Positions 20,740-31,428 of a DNA stretch of 64,000 nt are shown piece after piece. The position numbers and the translations under genes were made by a program. The notes below the pieces were generated by a model. The model searched no databases and had not been told where the DNA came from. It saw nothing but the letters and a program-made list of their open reading frames with translations. How positions within the stretch are numbered: position 1 is the stretch's first letter; the number at the start of each line of letters is the position of its first letter. The stretch is from an uncultured delta proteobacterium (GTDB lineage Bacteria > Desulfobacterota > Binatia > JACPRU01). Where the stretch lies: positions 32,001-96,000 of the forward strand of contig CAVUWD010000006.1 in assembly GCA_963745025.1 (NCBI GenBank), given 5' to 3'.

Positions 20740-20870
20740 CTAGGCGATGTGCCTTCCGATCGCCGTCGCCGTGTCCTTCCGGAAGCGGATGCCGTCGAAC
20801 CGGTAGTACGCCCGGACGAGCGGGAGGAGGTCGGTGAGGTCAGCCGGTCGAGCGACGATGATCGAGGGAC
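20740..20870 (-). pseudogene. GNAT N-terminal fragment
   Basis: IIVARPADLTDLLPLVRAYYRFDG followed by an early stop. Confidence 0.5.
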
Positions 20871-20946
20871 GCTGTCGTAGCTCGCTCGTTCTCGAGGGTG
20901 AGCGCTCGCAGGCTTCTTTCCTTGCGTGCGGCATGATGGCGGCGGC

Positions 20947-21348
20947 TTACGCTGTCTCGGGGCTCTCGGGTGCATGGCACACGGCCTCGATGCGGTGCCC
21001 GTCGGGATCCCGGATGAAGGCGGCGTAGTAGTCGGGATGATATGCGGGGCGCAACCCGGGGCTCCCGTCGTCGCGGCCGCCGGCGCGCAGGGCGGCGGCA
21101 TGAAAGGCCCGGACCGCCTCTCGATCGACAGCGCGGAAGCAGACGTGCATACCCGGAGCCGGGGAGCCCGCGCCCGGCTCGGCGGTGATCGTGAACTCCA
21201 CGCCGAGCTGCCCGGCCATCGCACCGTAGTCCGAGCCGCGCCCCTCGAAATCGAGGATCCGGACGAGACCGAGGGGCCGCAGCGCGGCGTCGTAGAGTCG
21301 GCGGCTGCGTTCGAGGTCTGTCACACCGAGAGAAACATGGTCGAGCAT
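20947..21348 (-). CDS. VOC/glyoxalase family protein
   Basis: MLDHVSLGVTDLERS...HVCF...YYAAFIRDPDGHRIEAVCH. Confidence 0.9.
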   Translation of the reverse strand: MLDHVSLGVTDLERSRRLYDAALRPLGLVRILDFEGRGSDYGAMAGQLGVEFTITAEPGAGSPAPGMHVCFRAVDREAVRAFHAAALRAGGRDDGSPGLRPAYHPDYYAAFIRDPDGHRIEAVCHAPESPETA

Positions 21349-21858
21349 TGTTGGCTTCCGCGATCTACCTTTCCGAGGGACGTCACTTCTCGGAACTCGA
21401 TCTCTACGGCGATGGTTCCCAGTCATATCGAACGGGTGAATCGGAGGCATGGTCAAAGTCGGCGATCGCCGGCCGCGCGTTACCTCCATAGAAGACGTCG
21501 ACGCCATCGATCGTCGAACAAGACAGAACGACGGTCGGGCGGGAAACGGTTCTGCTACCGCCTCTCTGCTACCAAACCACCACGAATCAGGCCGAACCAG
21601 GAGCACCTGGCATCATCCGAAATCCTCGGCCGTACGCCGAGTTGGTTGCTCCTGGTTGCTCTCGGTCGGGCCCTGTAGAGAATTCGTAATTAGCAGGTCG
21701 CGCCAACCCGAAGGAAACTCCAGGTCGAGTTTGGACGCCGGCGTCCAAAGGTGATGAAACTCGGTGAATCAGGCGGTAACTATCGCATGTAACTCGCTGA
21801 TTTCACGTGATCGTGACGGGTTCAAATCCCGTCGCATTCTTGGAGACGTTTTTGAGCG

Positions 21859-22761
21859 TCAGCGGCCGCAGGCTTGCACGACGAGTTGCGCGAAACGCGG
21901 CGCGTCGTCTTCCTGGAGGAAGTGCCCGCCGCGCAAGGTGGTGTGCGGCTGGCCCTTGGTGCCGGGCACGCGCTGCAGGAACTCGCGGTCGAGCCCGCGC
22001 GTGATCGGGTCGCCGTCGCTGAAGCAGCAGATGAAGGGTTTGGTCCACTGCTCGAACACGGCCCACGCGCGGTGGTTGTCGGCGCTGCCCACGGGGCTGT
22101 AGTTCGACACCGGCACGAGCGATGGGTAGGCACGAGCCGCCGCCTTGTACTCGGCGGAGGGAAACGGCGCGTCGTAGGCTGCACGCTCGGCGCGGCTGAG
22201 CCAATGCCTGGTGCCCCCTTGCACGATCCAGCCGATCGGAAACACCGGGCTATGGCGCGAGAACGCGCGCCAGATCTTGAAGGCCGAATTAATGCGCGTC
22301 TGCTCGGTGGGCAGGCCGCCGTTGGCCAGAAGAATGCGCGCGAACCGCTCGGGCATCTCGGCGGCCAGGCGCAGGCCGATCAGCGAGCCCCAGTCCTGGC
22401 ACACGAGCGTGATCTCGCGCAGGCCCAGCGCCTCGACCCAGTGCCGGATCCACGCCACCTGGCCGGCGTAGCTATAGTCGCTGCGCTCGCTCGGCTTGTC
22501 GGACTTGCCGAAGCCGATCAGGTCGGGCGCGAGCACGCGCAACCCAGCGGCCGCGACCGGCAGGATCATGTTCCGGTACAGGTACGACCAGGTCGGCTCG
22601 CCGTGCAGCATCAGCACCGGCGGCGCGTCGCTCGGGCCTTCGTCAACGTAGTGCAGGCGCAGCTCAGGCGCGCCCTGCTGCGGGATCTGGTGGTAGTGCG
22701 GCGCGAACGGGTAGTCGGCCAGGTTCGCGAAACGCGAGTCGGGGGTACGCAGGACTTTCAT
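21859..22761 (-). CDS. Haloalkane dehalogenase
   Basis: LRTPDSRF, HGEPTWSYLYR, CQDWG nucleophile, GHFLQED. Confidence 0.9.
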   Translation of the reverse strand: MKVLRTPDSRFANLADYPFAPHYHQIPQQGAPELRLHYVDEGPSDAPPVLMLHGEPTWSYLYRNMILPVAAAGLRVLAPDLIGFGKSDKPSERSDYSYAGQVAWIRHWVEALGLREITLVCQDWGSLIGLRLAAEMPERFARILLANGGLPTEQTRINSAFKIWRAFSRHSPVFPIGWIVQGGTRHWLSRAERAAYDAPFPSAEYKAAARAYPSLVPVSNYSPVGSADNHRAWAVFEQWTKPFICCFSDGDPITRGLDREFLQRVPGTKGQPHTTLRGGHFLQEDDAPRFAQLVVQACGR

Positions 22762-22801
22762 CGCGACAGTGCCCTCGGGACTTGGTCGGGGCTGTAGCAG
22801 T

Positions 22802-23100
22802 GGACAGCCGGTTCAAGAGCCGGAAAGCTATATAACGGTCGATCTCGGACGCAAGCACTCCACATACCACGCCCCCCTTCGACGGGCGCACAAGCGGATG
22901 ACTTGAGTCGGGGGCGGCGGGCCCGAGGCCGCAGGATCCTCCGCACGATCACAGGTTCCTCGATCCCCGCAGTAGGCGCAGCCGGCCGCCGCCACCCCGG
23001 CCGTACACGTAGCGGGGTGCGAGGCTGCGACGGCGCGGCAGGGAAGGACCTCGACAGCAGGGAGCAAAGACCGGCGCGAAGGTCGGCGCCGCGGCCCAAC
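22802..23100 (-). mobile_element. Decayed IS91/ISCR-family end: transposase C-terminal remnant plus oriIS-like repeat (copy 1)
   Basis: Across frameshifts: RWAA...VFA..VEVLPCR...GGRLRLL..IEEPVIVRRIL..ASGPP, followed ~60 bp later by the dispersed repeat ending CTTGAACCGGCTGTCC. Confidence 0.65.
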
Positions 23101-23339
23101 GGCGGTCCAAAATGTAGTCAGTCCGCCGCCGTGGATTCGGCGTTCCGTTCGTGCATGACGGGGCGTGGCTATACGGTGAAGTGAGCGCAGGCTAGTATAC
23201 GGCCGTCCGTCTCTACGGTCCGCTCGAGCCGTGGTTCGGCAAGACGTGGAGCCCGGTAGAACAAGAGAGCCAAGAAAGGCCCGAGGATGAAAATGTCCGT
23301 GAGGACACTGAGTCACGCTGCAGTCATGGTTATGGGGTC

Positions 23340-23402
23340 TTCTCGATCTGGCTCGGCCCCAAGCCGCCTTCGGAGGACCTGAAGAAGGGGATGCTCGGCT
23401 GA
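23340..23402 (+). pseudogene. Chalcone-isomerase-like protein C-terminal fragment
   Basis: FSIWLGPKPPSEDLKKGMLG-stop. Confidence 0.55.
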
Positions 23403-23634
23403 TTCGCCAGGAATGTTGCGGGGGTCCCTGTTGCTCAGCGGCAGCGCCGTAGCCCTGATTTTGACATGGGGCTAGGCGGAGCTGGCGGGAGAGCGAAATG
23501 AGCCACTCGCAGGCGAGAGGGTGAAAACAAGTCGTAAACCGCCGGTCACAAGCGCTGGCAAGACAAGAGCCGAGCAGGTTAAAAAGTCGACATCAGGACC
23601 GTAAATTATAATAGGCCGGAGGAGGAGGCGAGAA

Positions 23635-26375
23635 ATGGCCGATACGAGTGTCGATGTCACTGAGCAAAAACGGTTGAACGAGGCGCGCGAGGCGCAAATC
23701 CCCTGGAAGAAATGGGGACCCTACTTGAGCGAGCGGCAGTGGGGTACGGTCCGCGAGGACTACAGCGATGACGGCAACGCCTGGGACTATTTCACCCATG
23801 ACCAGGCTCGTTCACGAGCCTACCGGTGGGGCGAGGACGGGCTCGGGGGAATCTGCGATGAGAAGCAACGGCTGTGTTTTGCGCTGGCCTTGTGGAACGA
23901 GCGCGACCCGATCCTGAAGGAGCGGATGTTCGGGCTCACCAACAGCGAGGCGAACCACGGCGAGGATGTCAAGGATTACTACTTCTACCTCGACAGCACG
24001 CCGACGCACTCCTACATGAAGTACCTCTACAAGTACCCGCAGCGTGAGTATCCCTACCGCGACCTTATCGAGACCAACCGGAGGCGATCTCGGGAAGAGT
24101 GGGAGTACGAGCTGCTCGACACCGGCATATTTGACGACGATCGCTACTTTGACGTTTTTGTCGAGTACGCGAAGGAGAGCCCGGAAGACATCCTCGTCCG
24201 CATCACCGTCCACAATCGCGGACCTGAAGCGGCTCGGGTGCGTGTCCTGCCGACATTTTGGTTCCGCAATACTTGGTCCTGGGGAGATGACGATCGAAAG
24301 CCTTCGCTGCGCGAGGCGGGGCCGGGCGTCATTCAAGCCGCACACAGTGAGCTCGGCGAGTACTGGATGCATTGCGATGGCAGCCCCGGAGTTGCTCTTC
24401 ACCGAGAACGAGAGCAACGCGCAGCGTCTGTGGGGCCAGCCCAATGCTTCTCCCTACGTCAAGGACGCGTTCCACCAGTACATCATCTCGGGACGCAGCG
24501 AAGCGGTGAATCCCGCCAAGGCGGGGACCAAGGCCGCGGCCCACTATGTCCTCGAGGTGCCCGGCGGCGGCAGCAAGACCATCCGTCTCCGACTGGCGGC
24601 CGCCAAGATAAAAGATGCCTTTGGCGGTTTCGAAGAGATATTCAAAAGCCGGATCGCCGACGCAGACGAATTCTACGATCGGATTACGCCGAATTCGCTG
24701 AACGAAGATCAGCGCCGAGTGCACCGGCAGGCGCTGGCGGGAATGCTGTGGGGCAAGCAGTACTACTACTTCGACCTGGAGCAGTGGCTGCGCGAGCACA
24801 AGAGCCATCCGCTGCTCGAATCCGTCCGCCATGACGTGCGCAACACGGAATGGTTCCACATGCTCAACAGCGACGTGATCTCCATGCCGGACAAGTGGGA
24901 GTACCCGTGGTATGCGGCCTGGGACCTGGCTTTTCATACGATTTCCCTGTCGCTGGTGGATTTCGATTTTGCCAAGGAGCAGCTGCTGCTGATGCTGCGA
25001 AGCCTCTACTTCCACCCGAGCGGGCAGATCCCGGCCTACGAGTGGAACTTCAGCGACGTCAATCCGCCGGTGCACGCCTTGGCCACGCTCTACCTGTACA
25101 GGTACGAGCGGTCGCTCGGCCGGGCGGACCTGCGTTTCCTGGAGCGCTCGTTTCAAGGATTGATGCTGAACTTCAACTGGTGGGTCAATCGCAAGGATCC
25201 GGCCGGGCGCAACGTCTTCGCCGGCGGCTTTCTGGGCCTCGACAACATTGGCGTCTTCGACCGCAGCGCGCAGCTGCCGACGGGCGGCTCGCTGGAACAG
25301 GCGGACGGCACCGCCTGGATGGCGTTCTACTGCCAGAACATGTTGGAGATGGCCCTGATACTTTGCGAATACGACCCGATGTACGAGGAGATCGCCTTCA
25401 AGTTCGTGCAGCATTTCATGTGGATCGCCTATGCCATGGATCGCCGCGGCGAGCATCACGATGAGATGTGGGATGAGCAGGACGGATTCTTTTACGATCT
25501 ACTGCGGCTCCCCGACGGCCAGGCGATGCGTCTAAAGGTGAGATCGCTGGTCGGGCTGTTGCCGTTGTGCGCGTCCACGGTGTTCGAGCCGGATTTTGTC
25601 GGGCGCTTTCCGCGGCTGATGGAAATGATCGGCCTGTTTCGCAAGCGCCATCCCGAGTTGATTTCCCACGTCGCCCCGACCGACGCCGGTTTCACTCGGT
25701 TATAAAGAACGGCGGCTGTTGTCGATCCTCAACAAGAATAAGCTCGAGCGCGTGCTCGCCTACATGCTCGACGAGAACGAGTTTCTCGGGCCGCACGGCA
25801 TTCGCTCTCTCTCGCGCTATCACCTGGAGCATCCGTTCGTGTTTCACGTCGGTGGTCAGGAATACAGAGTCCAGTACCTGCCGGCGGAATCGAATACCGG
25901 GATGTTCGGCGGCAACTCCAACTGGCGGGGGCCGGTGTGGATGCCGGTCAATACGCTGATCGTGCGGGCGCTCTTGAACCTGTACAGCTTCTACGGCGAT
26001 GAATTCAAGGTACAGTGTCCGACTGGTTCGGGGCGGTACATGACACTGTTCGAAGTGGCGGAGGAGATTGTCCGCCGGCTGGCGGGCACGTTCCTACGTG
26101 ATGCCGATGGGCGACGGCCGGTCTACGGCGGTACAGCCAAGTTCCAGGAAGATCCGCACTGGCGCGATCTGATTCTATTTTACGAGTATTTCCACGGTGA
26201 CAACGGCGCGGGGCTCGGGGCCAGCCACCAGACGGGCTGGACCGCTCTGGTGGCTCCCCTCCTGGACATCTTCGGGCGTGTCGATGCCAAACGCGCGCTC
26301 GAGAGCGAGCGCGGGGCCGTGGTCAGCCGGCTTATGAGGGAGCAAGTGGGCGGGGAAAAGGCGGGCGGGAAATAG
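23635..26375 (+). pseudogene. MGH1-like/GH63 glucosidase split by two +1 frameshifts (pseudogene or sequence error)
   Basis: [19 protein letters not shown]...SMPDKWEYPWYAAWD...[11 protein letters not shown] across three ORFs; extra bases near 24382 and 25695. Confidence 0.85.
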
Positions 26376-26388
26376 GAGTCGAATATTT

Positions 26389-26412
26389 GGGGGGATAGCC
26401 GCTGCAAGGGCC
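26389..26412 (-). repeat. Truncated copy of the oriIS-like dispersed repeat (copy 2)
   Basis: Plus strand GGGGGGATAGCCGCTGCAAGGGCC versus GGGGGATAGCGGCTACAAGGGCC in copy 3 (reverse complement). Confidence 0.6.
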
Positions 26413-26607
26413 AGCTCCTCGCAATGACAGGATCATTCATCTCCCTACGAAGTGGGGAAGTTATGAAATGCCTAATCCAAGACACGGAGCTGCCGAAGTG
26501 GGAGGTATGACCGAAAGTTGTGGATCGTGGAATCATCTACAGCAACGGTTAAGTAATGACGGCGACAATCTGAGGGAATTGGAGCGCGCGACCGGGGTCG
26601 AACTGGC

Positions 26608-28836
26608 TCACGCGACGGGGATGTTCGCACGCTCCTGCGCTCGCTCGAAGTATTCGGCTGCGGCGCGAAAGGCCCCCGCCGCGCGCTCGAAAGTGTCAAA
26701 CGTCGCGAGCCCCCGCGCGCGCGCAAGCGCGCTCGCCTCGGTCACGATCGCGGACCGGATGTCGGGCGGCACGTGCTGGGATTCGACCGCGATCGCAAAC
26801 GGCTTGCGCGCGCGCTGCGCAAAGCGCGCGAGCCCATCCAACAGCGGAATGTTCTCCCGCACATCGATCGGCCGTCTGACACCTCCGAATCCCGGTCCCG
26901 GTCGGAACTCCATCACGATCGCATCGACGACGGGATCACGGTCCAGAATGTCGAGTACGCGATCGACGTTGCCTTGGCCGCCGCCCGCACTTCCGAGCGT
27001 CCACGCCGCGTCAAACGGATTGCGGTAACTGCCGCCGATCACCTGGAAAAAGCTCTTGAGCTCGGCGTACGAAGATTCCGACAGGTCCGGAACTTTGAGC
27101 CCGTGGGTGGCGAAAGTGTCGCTGATCACAACCGACTGTCCACCGGTCATCGCGACCAGCGCCATCCCGCGCCCCTTCACCGGCCGCGCTCGGGTCAACA
27201 GCTCGATCGCGTCTAGCATCGGCTCAAGCCCGGCCACTTCAACCGCGCCGCTCTGGCGCATCACCGCACGCCACACGGCCGCCGGCGTCGCAAGCGATCC
27301 GGTATGCGAGAACGTCGCGCCGGCGCCCGAATCCGTGACGCCACCCTTCCACACGAGCACCGGCACCCGCACCGTGGCGCGCCTTACACTCTCGAAGAAG
27401 CGCCGCCCGTCGCGCACTCCCTCCAGATAGATGCCGACCGCGCGGGTCGCCGGGTCCGACGCCATCACGTCGAGGTAGTCCGGGGCCTCCAGCACGAGCG
27501 CATTGCCTATCGACGCCGACATGCCAACCTTGATTGCGCGCCCCGGCGCCTGCATGCAGAAACTAATCGCGTGCGTGCCGCTTTGCGAGATGAAGCATAC
27601 GTCGCCCGGTTCGCCGGAAGGCAGGTTCGCGGAGTTCAGCAGTCCCAATCCCGGATTGCACAGGCCCATGCAGTTGGGACCGATCAGCGCGATATCCGAG
27701 CGCGAGGCAATCTCCTTGAGTTCCGCTTCGAGTTCTATGCCGATCTGTTCCCCGGTTTCAGAGAACCCGGCGGTAAAGAATCCAATACCCGCGACCCCGG
27801 CCGCGGCGGATTCGGCGAGCGTCTGCGGTGCAACCTTTCGAGGGACGGCCACGATCGCGTAGTCGATCGGTTCGCCGATCTCCGAGACGGAGCGAAAATT
27901 CTTCACGCCAAGCGCCTCGATCTCCGCGGCGTCCTTCGCGTCGGGCTGTACGGAAAGGCGCTTGCCTTTGAAGCTGTCGAGCGCGTGCAGCCACATGAAG
28001 TCGCGCGTGGCGCGATCGCCAATCACGACCGCGGTGCGAGGCTTGAGGGCGCGCCGCAGATTCTCGCGCCGACGCGCTTGAAGCGCGGCCTCGGCGTCCG
28101 GCGATCCTCCACGCTCATCACCTTCGGCCCTTTGCTCTAGCAGGATGCGCGCGTCGAGCACGCTCAGGCCCGACGGGTAAACGGCGACCGGATTCAGGTC
28201 CATCTCCTTGATCTCGGGCCGGTCCACGGCGAAGCGGGAAATCCTCGCCAGCAGCGACGCCATCGCCCCGCGATCGACCCCCGCTCTCCCGCGCACACCA
28301 TCAAGCAGAGCCGAGCCTCGCAATTCCGCGAGCATCGCCACAGCCTCGCGCTCGTCGATGGGCGCGATCCTGACGGCCGTGTCCCTCAACACTTCAACGA
28401 ACACTCCGCCAATCCCGACCATCACCATCGGGCCGAACTGCGAATCGCGCGTGATGCCCGCCAGCAGTTCGAGTCCCCCCGCCGCCGCCATGGCCTGCAC
28501 GGCGACTCCTTCGAAACGCGCCTCGGGAGCTCGCTGCGAAAGACTTGCGCGAATCCGGTGGAAGGCGTCGCTGACCTCTACCTCGGAACCGAGGCCCAGC
28601 GCGACGCCGCCGACGTCGCTCTTGTGAGTGATATCGGGTGACACCACCTTGAGCGCGACCGGAAAGCCGCACCGCGCGGCCAGCCTCGCGGCCTCCTGTG
28701 CGCCGTGGGCCAACTCAGCCATCTGAGTCCTGATGCCCATCGCTTCAAGGATGCCCTTGGATTCGATTTCGGAAAGCGCGCTGCGGCGCTCGGCCGCGGC
28801 GCGAGCGATGGTTTCATCCATGGTGTTCGAGCTCAC
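26608..28836 (-). CDS. ADP-forming acyl-CoA synthetase family (ATP-grasp N-terminal, CoA-binding C-terminal)
   Basis: GFPVALKVVSPDITHKSDVGGV, EMDLNP, GPNCMG, SQSG, SHTGSLA. Confidence 0.9.
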   Translation of the reverse strand: MSSNTMDETIARAAAERRSALSEIESKGILEAMGIRTQMAELAHGAQEAARLAARCGFPVALKVVSPDITHKSDVGGVALGLGSEVEVSDAFHRIRASLSQRAPEARFEGVAVQAMAAAGGLELLAGITRDSQFGPMVMVGIGGVFVEVLRDTAVRIAPIDEREAVAMLAELRGSALLDGVRGRAGVDRGAMASLLARISRFAVDRPEIKEMDLNPVAVYPSGLSVLDARILLEQRAEGDERGGSPDAEAALQARRRENLRRALKPRTAVVIGDRATRDFMWLHALDSFKGKRLSVQPDAKDAAEIEALGVKNFRSVSEIGEPIDYAIVAVPRKVAPQTLAESAAAGVAGIGFFTAGFSETGEQIGIELEAELKEIASRSDIALIGPNCMGLCNPGLGLLNSANLPSGEPGDVCFISQSGTHAISFCMQAPGRAIKVGMSASIGNALVLEAPDYLDVMASDPATRAVGIYLEGVRDGRRFFESVRRATVRVPVLVWKGGVTDSGAGATFSHTGSLATPAAVWRAVMRQSGAVEVAGLEPMLDAIELLTRARPVKGRGMALVAMTGGQSVVISDTFATHGLKVPDLSESSYAELKSFFQVIGGSYRNPFDAAWTLGSAGGGQGNVDRVLDILDRDPVVDAIVMEFRPGPGFGGVRRPIDVRENIPLLDGLARFAQRARKPFAIAVESQHVPPDIRSAIVTEASALARARGLATFDTFERAAGAFRAAAEYFERAQERANIPVA

Positions 28837-29153
28837 GACTCTCGACTTATAGGCGAGCGCTCAACTTGACAAGAATCCGGCGGCCGTTCAGTCGGCGCCA
28901 CGACTACGGTAGCGCACCCGCTCAGAAGCTGCCCTTCTCCAGTCCGCTCCCAAGTCCCCTCCTACCGCGCCTGAGCGAGTATGCAGAGGGGTCAGCTGCA
29001 GGTGAGGGTGTGCGGTCGTGGGTTCGGATCGGGTGTCCGATCGGTTCAACCGTACCGATGGCAAAACCGCGTTGGTGATCTGCCGGCCGGTTGGTCCGCC
29101 GAGGGCGGGCCGTGGTAGCTTTCCCCGGATCGAAGCGAAGGGGGAGAGCGAGC

Positions 29154-29816
29154 ATGAGCGAAACGAACGTAGGGCGGACGCTGGGGGCGGTCTTCTACGA
29201 GGGCTTCGAGCTGCTCGACGTCTACGGGCCGCTCGAGATGTTCGGAAGTGTCGGCGCCCAGCTGCGCATCGTCACCGTCGCCGAACGAACCGGGCCGGTG
29301 GCGTCGTTCCAGGGCCCGCGGACGGTGGCGGAGTTCGATTTCGCGAGCGCTCCGAAGCTCGATCTGATCCTGCTGCCGGGTGGGTTCGGCACGATGCGCG
29401 AGCTAGAGAACCCGGCGATGATCGACTTCCTGCGGCGGCGGTCGGCTTCGGCCGAGGTCACGATGTCGGTCTGCACGGGCTCGGCGATCCTCGCCCGGGC
29501 GGGGTTGCTCGACGGGCGGCGTGCGACGTCAAACAAGCAGTTCTTCGACCTGGCGCGGAGCCAAGGGCCGGCGGTCAACTGGGTGGAAGAGGCGCGCTGG
29601 GTTGAGGACGGGCCGTTCGCCACCTCTTCGGGGGTCTCGGCCGGGACGGACATGGCGCTCGCGGTGATCGCCCGGCTCTATGGCAGGTCGGCGGCGCAGC
29701 AGATCGCCGACTGGACCGAGTACGAGTGGCAGTCCGATCCGAGCAGAGACGCATTCGTGCGGTTCCTCAACCAGGGGAACGCCGAAGAGATCCTGCGGCG
29801 AATGGGGCGGGGATAG
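29154..29816 (+). CDS. DJ-1/PfpI family protein (isonitrile hydratase-like)
   Basis: GFELLDVYGPLEMF, PGGFG, SVCTG, TSSGVSAGTD. Confidence 0.9.
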   Translation: MSETNVGRTLGAVFYEGFELLDVYGPLEMFGSVGAQLRIVTVAERTGPVASFQGPRTVAEFDFASAPKLDLILLPGGFGTMRELENPAMIDFLRRRSASAEVTMSVCTGSAILARAGLLDGRRATSNKQFFDLARSQGPAVNWVEEARWVEDGPFATSSGVSAGTDMALAVIARLYGRSAAQQIADWTEYEWQSDPSRDAFVRFLNQGNAEEILRRMGRG

Positions 29817-29955
29817 AGCGGAGAGACATGGCGAGCGTGGCGAGAATTCTCGTGGCCAGGGGCCCTTGCGGCTCGAGCGGCGGCTGCACGGGCTCTGCCA
29901 AAGGCACCGCCACATGCTCGCATTCGGACTCGCGACGAGAGTAGTGTCCGTGCGC

Positions 29956-31116
29956 GTGTCGGAGACGCGCGCATATAGGAAATCCCTCGGTCTCGTCGAG
30001 CTCGTGTGCCTCGGGGTGGGCGGCACGATCGGCTCCGGGATCTTCGTCGTGCCCGGTATCGCAGCCGGTATCGCCGGCACCTCCTCGCTCCTCGCCTGGC
30101 TGCTCGTCGCAGTCTCGGCCTGTTCGGTCGCGTTCGCGCTCGGTTCGATACAGGCGCGATCGCCCGGGGGCACGACGTTCACGGCGCTGTTCGCAACGGT
30201 GTTCGGTCGCCCGCTGGCCGCGCTGCTGGTCACGACCTATGCGGTCTCGTCGGCGTTCGGCATCGCGACGATCGCCGCAGGACTCGGGCAGTACTTCGCG
30301 TTCTTCGGCCTCGGCCATCTGCTGGGCCTGGAGATCCTCATCATCGCCGTGTTCCTGGTCCTGAACCTGGTCGGCATCGCGCTCTCGGGCGCCACGGAGA
30401 CCGTGCTGTCGCTGATCAAGCTCGTCGGCATCGTCGCCATCATCGTCGCGCTCGTTCCGTTCTTTCATGAGCGGGAGCTGCTGCCCGCGCGGATCGCGCC
30501 CCTGCCGGCGCTGCTCAAGGTCGTGATCATCGTCTACTGGCCATTCACCGGCTTCGAGATCAGCGCCATTCCGGTGGCCGAGACGAAGGATCCGGCCCGG
30601 ATCGCCCGCGCGCTCATGCTCGTGATGGCGCTGGTCTGCGTGATCTATCTCGCGCTCAACGTCGCGCTCATCGGCGCGATCGGCACGGCGGAGCTCGCGG
30701 CTTCGGAGGCACCCGTCGCGTACGCGGTCGGCCGGATCTTTCCCGGCGCGGGTCCGCTGGTCGCCGTGCTCGGCATCGTCACGATGCTGTCTGCGCTCAA
30801 CGCTTACATCGTCGGTGCTTCGCGCGTGGTGCAGAACGGCTGCGAGACGTTTCACCTCGGACGGCTCGCCGCCCTGTCTAGCCGGGGCGTGCCCGCCATC
30901 GCGCTGTACGTCACGTGTGCCTCGGCAGCGGCTCTCCTGCTCTTTTCCAATCACTTCGACGTGCTGGCGGCCGCGGCGGTGCTGATGACGCTCGTGCCCT
31001 ACATCGCCATCTGCTGGGCGGCGTTCGTCGGTGCGACGAGTCGGACCATCCGCCTGGTGTCGTTGTCTGGCGCGATTCTGACGTCCGCGATCCTCGTGCT
31101 GTATTTCGCGCTGTAG
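29956..31116 (+). CDS. APC-family amino acid permease
   Basis: GGTIGSGIF, FTGFE, ETKDP, multiple TM helices; start approximate. Confidence 0.85.
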   Translation: MSETRAYRKSLGLVELVCLGVGGTIGSGIFVVPGIAAGIAGTSSLLAWLLVAVSACSVAFALGSIQARSPGGTTFTALFATVFGRPLAALLVTTYAVSSAFGIATIAAGLGQYFAFFGLGHLLGLEILIIAVFLVLNLVGIALSGATETVLSLIKLVGIVAIIVALVPFFHERELLPARIAPLPALLKVVIIVYWPFTGFEISAIPVAETKDPARIARALMLVMALVCVIYLALNVALIGAIGTAELAASEAPVAYAVGRIFPGAGPLVAVLGIVTMLSALNAYIVGASRVVQNGCETFHLGRLAALSSRGVPAIALYVTCASAAALLLFSNHFDVLAAAAVLMTLVPYIAICWAAFVGATSRTIRLVSLSGAILTSAILVLYFAL

Positions 31117-31231
31117 CGCGAGCGCATCGGCCACGGGGGAAAGCGCCTCGTAAACCGCCACAGGCTGACGTTTTTCAAGCCCGACCGTCTCTCTGCAAGG
31201 TATCACCCGCTGGGGAGGAGACGCTCGCCAT

Positions 31232-31351
31232 GTTCTGGGTTACGCCTGGTCCGAGAGAGATCTTCTTAGTGTTGACCGCGCACAACGCCAGCGCGGCGTA
31301 CACGTCGCTCGCGAACATCTGCGAGTCGTACAGCCAGGCATGTGTGAATCC
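31232..31351 (-). pseudogene. LLM-class oxidoreductase N-terminal fragment
   Basis: GFTHAWLYDSQMFASDVYAALALCAVNTKKISLGPGVT. Confidence 0.65.
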
Positions 31352-31428
31352 ACGCCAAATCCCTCGCTCCAGCGTTCGAGTACGTTGAATGTTACAGATG
31401 TAGCCCGTGACGTGCTACGTTTTCGCGA

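Noticed and set aside
21680-21835. Functional tRNA gene
   Set aside because: Only isolated arms are present, with no D-arm or acceptor stem; reported as an att-like scar instead.
19257-22761. Integron (recombinase fragment beside co-oriented small genes)
   Set aside because: No attC-like RYYYAAC...GTTRRRY sites recognised between genes, and the fragment is too short to show the IntI-specific insertion.
24375-25705. Programmed ribosomal frameshifting in the GH63 gene
   Set aside because: No slippery heptamer, and two independent shifts would be needed.
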